Below, piece by piece: positions 45,410-52,903 of a DNA stretch of 64,000 nt. Made by a program: the position numbers and the translations under genes. The notes below the pieces were generated by a model, which was not told the origin of the DNA, made no database searches, and was given only the letters and a program-made list of their open reading frames with translations. Within the stretch, counting starts at the first letter, position 1; every line of letters begins with the position of its first letter. Source of the DNA: Candidatus Saccharibacteria bacterium UBA5148 (GTDB lineage Bacteria > Patescibacteriota > Saccharimonadia > Saccharimonadales > UBA4665); assembly GCA_002413835.1 (NCBI GenBank), contig DHXU01000009.1, forward strand, positions 14,626 through 78,625, read 5' to 3'.

Positions 45410-45455
45410 AGGTACACTAAATTATAGCCTATGGTTCGGTACGTCACCACGCTCT

Positions 45456-45956
45456 CTAAGCTGACAATTCGATCGGAGACACGACGGCCGGGTCACGTGG
45501 CGGGATGACTGTCTCGATAGTGTGGTTGACGGCAGTGCCGAAAGCGATGACCTGATCGGCTACCATACTAGCTTCATCACCGGATGCCGGCAGGTTTTTT
45601 GAAGCCACGAAACGGCCAGCCTGGTCAATTCCCAGTGCCACTTCGCGCGAACTGGCGATACTTGTTAGTACATGTACCAGGACAGCGCCGGCGCGGGTTG
45701 GATAACGGTCTGTAATATTCTCATCGGTAATGAGTGCACTGAGCCCATAGGTTGCGGTCTTCCAATCATAGATTGCCATGCCGCCGAGAGGCTTCACGAC
45801 ATGCGTCGTCTTGTCGTCATCGACTGCCAGGAGATCGAACAACCTGGCGCCTTGCCCGGATTGCTGATTACCGATGCCGGCAGACGTCAGCTGGGCTGCA
45901 AATCTATCTAATTCAGTTAATCTTGTTGGTGGAGTAGAGCGTACTTGATGTTTCAT
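45456..45956 (-). CDS. Hypothetical protein
   Basis: ORF 45456..46139 is trimmed to the internal Met MKHQVRSTPP at 45956. The upstream part is AT-rich promoter DNA overlapping the divergent GT2 gene. Confidence 0.5.
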   Translation of the reverse strand: MKHQVRSTPPTRLTELDRFAAQLTSAGIGNQQSGQGARLFDLLAVDDDKTTHVVKPLGGMAIYDWKTATYGLSALITDENITDRYPTRAGAVLVHVLTSIASSREVALGIDQAGRFVASKNLPASGDEASMVADQVIAFGTAVNHTIETVIPPRDPAVVSPIELSA

Positions 45957-46028
45957 ATTTGTTAATATACAACCGAAAATATAGAATGTAAAATGCTTAT
46001 GTACGCAATAATAAACTATAAAATATAC

Positions 46029-46057
46029 TTGCATAATCATAAGTATTATGTTACTAT
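46029..46057 (+). promoter_or_regulatory. Promoter TTGCAT-17-TACTAT, 6 nt before ATG 46064 (leaderless geometry)
   Basis: -35 at 46029-46034 and -10 at 46052-46057. This implies the synthase starts at ATG 46064 rather than at the track's GTG 46058. Confidence 0.5.
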
Positions 46058-46063
46058 GTGGCA

Positions 46064-47680
46064 ATGGATTTATTTGGACGGAGTAATGGTGGTAATCACC
46101 CCGGATCTGGACCGCATCTGCACGGCCCGACTTTGTCATTGATCGTCGGTATTGCTGTACTTGGCGCCCTGTTATACGGCCACTTCATCTATAATTATCA
46201 TAACGCCGGCGACCTGTTGCCGTATATCCTTGTCGCCATCGCTGAGGGCATTATTTTGCTCCAGGCACTGATAGCCCTGTGGACGATTCTGTCCGGCGGC
46301 TTCAACCCGCGCGATTATTATTACTACGCCGCAAAGAGTTATCTGGTAAACAACGACCGGATCAGCTCTGAGACGCCGCTGTTCCTGCGCAGCAAACACG
46401 TCAGCATCGATGTCTTCGTGCCTGTGTACGGCGAGCCGCTGGAAACAATACGCCGCACCGCTATCGCCGCCCGGAACCTCAATGGCCTGCACACGACATA
46501 CATACTTGATGATGGTAAAAGTGACCAGGTCCAGACGATGGCAGCCGAAATCGGTGTCCGGTACATCCGCCGCGCGAACAATGCCCATGCAAAAGCCGGT
46601 AACCTGAACTATGCACTGCACATGACCCGTGGCGAATACTTTGTTATCTTCGACGCCGACTTTGTGGCCAAACCTAATTTTCTGCTCGAGACACTGCCAT
46701 TCTTCGTCAAACCGCAGGTCGCCTTTGTTCAGACGCCACAGCATTACGGCAACCTGAACAACTTGATCTCCCGCGGCGCCGGCTTCATGCAGAACGTCTT
46801 CTACCGCCTGATCCAGCCCGGCAAGAACCGCTTCAACGCCGCGTTTTGTGTCGGCACCAATGTCATCTTCCGCCGTTCGGCCATCGAAGAGGTGGGCGGC
46901 ATCTACGAAGCATCCAAATCTGAGGACATCTGGACCTCACTGGCACTGCACGAAAAGGGTTACCAGTCGATATTTATCAATGATATCCTGGCAACTGGTG
47001 ACGCACCGGAAACTATCAGCGCCTTCTTCAAGCAGCAATTACGCTGGGCGACCGGCGGCTTTGAAATCCTGTTCGGCCATAACTTCTTCCGCAGCTCACT
47101 GAGCTTTGACCAGAAGCTGCAGTACATCGGCACAGCCTCATACTACCTGCACGGCCTGGCTATCCTGCTGCTGATGATGCTGCCGCCGCTGCACATCTTT
47201 CTCAACCTGTCACCAGTCAACCTATCTGTTGCGTTCATCACCTGGCTGCTATTCTACGTCGGCTTTTACGGCATGCAGATTGTTGTCGCCATCTACACCA
47301 TGAACGGCTTCCGACTGGAAACGATTATCCTGGCTATGGCATCCTTCCCGATCTATCTGAAGGCCCTGACAAATGTCCTGCGCGGTCATGACGAAGCCTG
47401 GCAGGCTACCGGCACTGATGGCAAAAAAGACAACCCGTTCAACTACGTATCGGCTCAGATCCTGTTATTCGTCTTCCTGTTCTTCACCTCTGCCTTCGGC
47501 ATCTGGAAAATCTACTACACCGGCGTCTTTGCGCTGTCGGTCGTCTGGAACCTGATCAACACCTTCATCTTTGCTGCCTTCCTGGTCATCGTCTGCAAGG
47601 AACGATTATCAATGCGCACGGCACACCCCCACCGTAGCAAAATTGCTATGCCGGTTAAAATGCAGGAGGTTACATCATGA
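46064..47680 (+). CDS. Processive family-2 glycosyltransferase, cellulose/curdlan-synthase-like
   Basis: The D,D,D,QxxRW set is present: VFVPVYGEP, YILDDG, VIFDADF, VQTPQ, SEDIWTS and QQLRWATGG. TM helices flank the catalytic domain, and no PilZ-like C-terminal domain is present. Confidence 0.85.
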   Translation: MDLFGRSNGGNHPGSGPHLHGPTLSLIVGIAVLGALLYGHFIYNYHNAGDLLPYILVAIAEGIILLQALIALWTILSGGFNPRDYYYYAAKSYLVNNDRISSETPLFLRSKHVSIDVFVPVYGEPLETIRRTAIAARNLNGLHTTYILDDGKSDQVQTMAAEIGVRYIRRANNAHAKAGNLNYALHMTRGEYFVIFDADFVAKPNFLLETLPFFVKPQVAFVQTPQHYGNLNNLISRGAGFMQNVFYRLIQPGKNRFNAAFCVGTNVIFRRSAIEEVGGIYEASKSEDIWTSLALHEKGYQSIFINDILATGDAPETISAFFKQQLRWATGGFEILFGHNFFRSSLSFDQKLQYIGTASYYLHGLAILLLMMLPPLHIFLNLSPVNLSVAFITWLLFYVGFYGMQIVVAIYTMNGFRLETIILAMASFPIYLKALTNVLRGHDEAWQATGTDGKKDNPFNYVSAQILLFVFLFFTSAFGIWKIYYTGVFALSVVWNLINTFIFAAFLVIVCKERLSMRTAHPHRSKIAMPVKMQEVTS

Positions 47681-48387
47681 ACTTTATGAAACGACTAAAA
47701 CTTTTACTGGCCATCATCATTCTCGGCATAGGCTGCTTCGGTATCATTGTCTATGAAGACAATGCCATCGCGACCGTCGGCGCAAGTTCCGCCTCAATCA
47801 GCGCACCAGCCTACAATGTAGGCAGCGAATATGACGGTGTCATCACCCGCCAATACGTCAACACTGGCGACAGTGTCAAAGCCGGCCAGAATCTGTTTGA
47901 ACTACGTAGCAACCGCCTGACGACTGACCTGGAATCCGGTACGATCAAGGCTTCGAACCTGACTTCAAAATTGTCTGATGACGGAGGCCTGATACTGGCT
48001 GCTCAGCGCGATGGTGTCGTCAACCAGATCTCCTATCTCGAAGGCTCGTTTGTCAGCGGCGGCAAAACGATTGCTACCATTTCCGGCACCAACGGTGTCA
48101 GTGTGCGGGCCAACTTCGAGCTTTCCGGCCAGCAGTATGCCAAGGTCAAACCCACAACTGCAGTACTGGTACAGCTCGGTGGTACGACGATAGCCGCGAC
48201 TATAACCAGCATCACGCAGCAGTCCAGCAACGGCCACACCATCACGACGGTCAACGCCAATCTGCCAACCTTGCAGATACGCCAGGCTATCTACTCTACC
48301 GGCACACCGACAACCGCTACATTGCAATTGAACGCCAATCCGCTGTACAAACAGTTGCAGCAATCAGCGAAAAGCTATATACACTAA
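47677..48387 (+). CDS. HlyD-like membrane-fusion/biotin-lipoyl-like barrel protein
   Basis: N-terminal TM segment, lipoyl-like hairpin GVITRQYVNTGDSVKAGQNLFEL and a second half DGVVNQISYLEGSFVSGGKTIATI. It has an ATGA overlap with the synthase gene. Confidence 0.6.
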   Translation: MNFMKRLKLLLAIIILGIGCFGIIVYEDNAIATVGASSASISAPAYNVGSEYDGVITRQYVNTGDSVKAGQNLFELRSNRLTTDLESGTIKASNLTSKLSDDGGLILAAQRDGVVNQISYLEGSFVSGGKTIATISGTNGVSVRANFELSGQQYAKVKPTTAVLVQLGGTTIAATITSITQQSSNGHTITTVNANLPTLQIRQAIYSTGTPTTATLQLNANPLYKQLQQSAKSYIH

Positions 48388-48390
48388 ACT

Positions 48391-50394
48391 ATGACTACAC
48401 GCCTCCGGTCTATCCTGTTGGTTGGGCTTGCAATACTACTGATCGTGTGCGCCAGTTACTTTGCGTGGCGCAGTCATGCGTCCACAGCAGCGCCGACGCA
48501 GTTGACTGTCAGTCAGAAAGCCGCCGATGCCCTGCCCCGCCGGTCTCCGAACATACCGCATCCACTGCTGGCGGCCGGCCTGCTGCCACCGACCAACAAA
48601 TGGTATAGTTCGCTGGCCTTTTCTGCACAGCACCAGCCGGTCTATATCTATCCACTGACGTACGCTCCGACCGATACCGGATTCAGTATCAGTAACCCGC
48701 CGATTGTCAGTAGCGCCGGGGCTATCTTCGGCAGCCATGTACCTGATGTCAGTGTCAACCTTGGCACGGCCCGGCATATTGTGCAGGCATACGACGATCT
48801 GTCGGTAACTGTCGGGCAACAGGATGCGGCTGGCGCAACCACAGCAACCACCCGGATAACCCAGGGCTCGCCGTTTGCCTTTACTGAATTACGACAGGCC
48901 GGTTCTGTCACAGTCAGCGTACTCGGGACTGTCACGGCACGCAGTGCCCAGACATATCTCCTGACGGTCGGCGAACGACACTATGGTCTATACACCACGG
49001 CGCCGGCCAGCGTGCATGGCCAGACGCTGGATATTGATGGCAAAAAGGGTGGCATCGTGACCGTTTTTACACTACCGGCCGGAGCGAATCAGCAGCTGTA
49101 TTTTGATGCTGCCTCCCACCCGATTACCAGCACCAGCGTTACTTATAAGACGACGAATTCGGCCATTACAACCGACTATGTCATGTCAGCCGGCGGCAAA
49201 AAGACCCTATTCGCCGCGACTCCAACGATGCATATCGATGGACAGCCGACAGGTGGTACATTTACGACACTACTCGGCAAACAGCCGGTATACAGCGGCA
49301 CGAGCTTCAGCGACCGGCAGGATGCCCCTGCCATGCCGCCATCTGAACTTCCACTCGGCAATCTGACAGCCAGCCAGCGTACTGACCTCATCCAGAAGTT
49401 GGACAGTGATACCGCCAGCCTTAGCTTCACGCAGACCGACAGCTATTTCGGTGGTAAAGAACTGTACCGCGCCGCCAACCTGCTGCAGATTGCCGAAAGC
49501 CTACATCAGACCAATACTGCCGCCGTTATAAAAGCTAAGTTATCCGCCCGTTTCGACACCTGGCTGGAACCATCAGGTGCCCTGCACCGCGATACGCTGA
49601 GCTTTTATTACGACCCGAATTATCACGGCGTAGTCGGTCTGAAATCCAGTTACGGCTCGGATACATTCAATGATCATCATTTTCACTACGGTTATTTCAT
49701 GTATGCCGCGGCAATCCTGAGCAAATATGACAGCAGCTTTTCCAAAAAACACGGTGACATGATAAACCTTCTGATATCCGACATCGCCAGCAATGCTTCC
49801 AGCAGCCTGTTCCCGAAACTTCGAGTCTTTGATTCCTACGCCGGTCACAGCTGGGCTTCCGGCACTGGCGATTTTGCCGATGGTAACAACCAGGAATCCA
49901 GTTCTGAAGCCACCAATGCCTGGTACGGTATGTATCTCTGGAGCCAGGTAACCCATAATGCACCGCTGGCCTCTGAAAGCCGCTGGTTATACAGCCATGA
50001 AAGCCGCGCAGCTACCAATCAGTGGCTGTCCGTCAGCAGCCCTATAGCTGATGGCGTGCCCTATAGCCATCCTACATCCGGCATCGTCTGGGGCGGCAAG
50101 ATTGACTATTCGACATTCTTTAGTCCACGGCCCCAGGCCATCCTTGGTATCCAGCTGATTCCGATGAGCCCAGGACAGACCTATCTCCAAAACACGGCAA
50201 TCACCTCGAATATTACTTCGGCAGCACCAGCTCCAAAAGACCTCTCGGGGCAGTTTGATGATTACCTGGTTATGTATCAGGCACTTCATGATCCAGCGCA
50301 GGCGCTCTCGAATGCCACGCATATCAGCGGCCCTGATGACCTGGACAATGGCAACTCGCTGACCTATCTCTACGCCTGGCTCTACAGCCACTAA
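48391..50394 (+). CDS. Glycoside hydrolase family 81-like endo-beta-1,3-glucanase, membrane-anchored or secreted
   Basis: 667 aa with an N-terminal anchor. FNDHHFHYGYFMYAAA and DGNNQESSSEATNAWYG match the GH81 catalytic-region signatures as I recall them. It starts 3 nt after the HlyD-like gene. Confidence 0.7.
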   Translation: MTTRLRSILLVGLAILLIVCASYFAWRSHASTAAPTQLTVSQKAADALPRRSPNIPHPLLAAGLLPPTNKWYSSLAFSAQHQPVYIYPLTYAPTDTGFSISNPPIVSSAGAIFGSHVPDVSVNLGTARHIVQAYDDLSVTVGQQDAAGATTATTRITQGSPFAFTELRQAGSVTVSVLGTVTARSAQTYLLTVGERHYGLYTTAPASVHGQTLDIDGKKGGIVTVFTLPAGANQQLYFDAASHPITSTSVTYKTTNSAITTDYVMSAGGKKTLFAATPTMHIDGQPTGGTFTTLLGKQPVYSGTSFSDRQDAPAMPPSELPLGNLTASQRTDLIQKLDSDTASLSFTQTDSYFGGKELYRAANLLQIAESLHQTNTAAVIKAKLSARFDTWLEPSGALHRDTLSFYYDPNYHGVVGLKSSYGSDTFNDHHFHYGYFMYAAAILSKYDSSFSKKHGDMINLLISDIASNASSSLFPKLRVFDSYAGHSWASGTGDFADGNNQESSSEATNAWYGMYLWSQVTHNAPLASESRWLYSHESRAATNQWLSVSSPIADGVPYSHPTSGIVWGGKIDYSTFFSPRPQAILGIQLIPMSPGQTYLQNTAITSNITSAAPAPKDLSGQFDDYLVMYQALHDPAQALSNATHISGPDDLDNGNSLTYLYAWLYSH

Positions 50395-50672
50395 GCGGCT
50401 CGTCTATACCTTATTTGACATATGTGTTATAGTCCTTATGTAAATCTTAAACACAAACACCATGAAACAATCAAAAAACCATGGTATGAAGTACGAATTC
50501 ATGCCCAAACCAGCCTCTAAGAACAAGAAGAAATAGCCAGAAATAGCCAGGTGATATCCCTTGCGGCGTACTAATTAATAGCCGATTAAGAACATATTCG
50601 AGTCAATAAGCACTGTCGTGTACATTCTCGCGTTTTCTGGCTATACTCAAAAGATAGAGCATTAGCGGTACT

Positions 50673-52817
50673 ATGAATTTTAGTAGTTTCAGAAAATACA
50701 TTGGCAAGGTTGATCATAAGCTACTGATTGTTATCGGCTTCTTCGTCGTTGCTGGCCTTATTTCGTTAGCTTTCACTAGAGCCGCATCGCAGTCTGTCGG
50801 TGTCGAGGCAGAAAACGGCGTGCTCGCCAAAGGCGCGACTTATGTGAGTAACTCATCCGCCTCCGGTGGCAGCGCAATCGCGTTTGGATCGAGCAGTAGC
50901 GGTCCGGGAACATTCCAGAAACTGGCATCCGTTCGAACCGCGCCGGCGCCATATTCTAAGCTGATTGGCGCAGGTGCTACGGCCGGAAGCCAGAAGTTTT
51001 ATCTGGGCTATGAAAACGTCAACCACCCTTTTGCTCTTGTCACTGTCGATCCAAAGAACAATTACGCAGCCACAACCTATATATCTCCGCTGCCGTCAGA
51101 ATTTACGGCTTCGCAGATGGCAGTAGGTGTGGATAACAACGTCTACATCGGCACTAAATCAACTACCAACGTGCATATTTTCAAGTTCACGACAGCCTCC
51201 CCGAAGTTAGTCGATCTCGGGGCGGCGCCGGTTGATATTCGGGCTTCTGTCAAACAGACATACATCTGGAATCTTACGGCTAGTCCCGTCGACCACCGCC
51301 TGTACGGTTGTACGTATCCATCGGCAGACCTCGTCAGCTATGGCCCCTCGGATCCTATTCCCCACCTTACTAATCTCGGGACGGTAGATAGTAGTAACCA
51401 GTACGGCCGCTACTGCGTAGCCGACCCGGCACATGCTTACATATATATCGGTACAGGAAGTATCAACCCCAAGATCGTGGCCTACAATATCCAGACCAAG
51501 CAGGTAACTGTCCTGAGTAGTGTGCCAGGTGCCGGTTTTGCCAGAGTCTGGCTCGGGAGCGACAATAAAATATACGGCACAAACGGGACGGGGCAGTTCA
51601 GTATCAGCAACGGCGTCGCAACTCCGGTTACGAAAACAACCACGGCGGCCTCGGCCTACGTATTCAGCAATGGCGACAAGATTGCCCTCAGTCCTGATAA
51701 TAATTCTGTCGTCGTGAAACACCCGGATGGGTCGCAGGATACACACCCCTACGCCTATGGCGGGGCATTCCCGACTATCTTCAGAGTCGCAGAGGGCCCG
51801 AACAATGAAATCTACGCCGGGACAGTCTTACCATTTTACTTAACCAAATACTCACCCACCGCGCCGGCTGCCGGACTGACCAACCTGGGCTATTTTGGGG
51901 GCGGAGAGCCCTATTCGATGCTTACCACCGGCAGTAAGCTGGCGATAGGAGCCTACTCGGCAGGCGCGCCACTGCTCACCTACGACCCGGCTCTGCCAGT
52001 TGTGCCGAATCCATATATCAGTCCGGCCTGTAGCGCCACTACCAACCCACCTAATCCGCAATGCATTCGTGATATTACCGGCTTGGACAGCGCACGCTCA
52101 TCCGATGATTTACGTCCCAAGCCACTGATAGCCGGACTCGATGGCAACTTATATACCGGTTCTGTCGGGCACTATGGGCAGACCAATGGCCCACTCGTAA
52201 AATGGAACCAGCCAAGCAACACCGCCTCCGCCTATTACCCTTTTCCTAATCTTGGTATCTCGTCGTTGGCATCGGTTCCTAGCTGTCAGGGAATAACCGG
52301 CACGAATACCTGCCTCGTCGCTGGGACGACCACCGACGTCGGAGGCGGAGCCACAGTCACCGCAACGACGTCGCCGCTGATTATCTGGAATACCGCGACG
52401 AACAGCATGGTCAAGCAGTTGGCTATTCCGGCCGTCTCCAATATCACCGAAATTACGTGCCTTATCCTGAATCCAGCCAATAATTACGTCTATGGTGTCG
52501 CGATTAATGCTACCGGGAGTTACTTATTTATCTTCAATCCAAAAACCGGCACTTTCGTCAATGGCGGTACCAAGCTGACATTTCCAGCCCCCCGTTACAA
52601 CAGCGTGGCCATCGGCTCCGACGGTAATATATGGGGAGTTTACAATACAGGAATATTCAAGATCGATGTCACGACCAACACCGCGCAGTCCGTGACGGCC
52701 GCACCCGTAGCTGTCACTACCGGATTTGCGCTCGTGAAAAACGCAACGAGCGGCGATAAGCTCTATTTTGGCTCGGATACAGATCTATATGTCTACAACA
52801 TCCCGGCCACGCACTAA
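50673..52817 (+). CDS. Secreted beta-propeller-like repeat protein, paralog A
   Basis: 714 aa with an N-terminal anchor and the EAENG module. About 9-10 blade-like repeats follow (LYGCTYPSADLVSYGP, IYIGTGSINPKIVAYN, IYAGTVLPFYLTKYSP, LYTGSVGHYGQTNGPLVKWN, IWGVYNTGIFKID, LYFGSDTDLYVYN). Confidence 0.7.
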   Translation: MNFSSFRKYIGKVDHKLLIVIGFFVVAGLISLAFTRAASQSVGVEAENGVLAKGATYVSNSSASGGSAIAFGSSSSGPGTFQKLASVRTAPAPYSKLIGAGATAGSQKFYLGYENVNHPFALVTVDPKNNYAATTYISPLPSEFTASQMAVGVDNNVYIGTKSTTNVHIFKFTTASPKLVDLGAAPVDIRASVKQTYIWNLTASPVDHRLYGCTYPSADLVSYGPSDPIPHLTNLGTVDSSNQYGRYCVADPAHAYIYIGTGSINPKIVAYNIQTKQVTVLSSVPGAGFARVWLGSDNKIYGTNGTGQFSISNGVATPVTKTTTAASAYVFSNGDKIALSPDNNSVVVKHPDGSQDTHPYAYGGAFPTIFRVAEGPNNEIYAGTVLPFYLTKYSPTAPAAGLTNLGYFGGGEPYSMLTTGSKLAIGAYSAGAPLLTYDPALPVVPNPYISPACSATTNPPNPQCIRDITGLDSARSSDDLRPKPLIAGLDGNLYTGSVGHYGQTNGPLVKWNQPSNTASAYYPFPNLGISSLASVPSCQGITGTNTCLVAGTTTDVGGGATVTATTSPLIIWNTATNSMVKQLAIPAVSNITEITCLILNPANNYVYGVAINATGSYLFIFNPKTGTFVNGGTKLTFPAPRYNSVAIGSDGNIWGVYNTGIFKIDVTTNTAQSVTAAPVAVTTGFALVKNATSGDKLYFGSDTDLYVYNIPATH

Positions 52818-52903
52818 ACCACCTGCCTGAGTCAATGGAAGCTCCAGCGTGTGTTTTCTGGCGTTTTTGCTATACTCAAAAGATAGAGCATTAGCGGTAC
52901 AGT

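Noticed and set aside
46172-46744. 190-aa minus-strand ORF inside the GT2 synthase gene
   Set aside because: It is antisense to a gene with the full D,D,D,QxxRW motif set.
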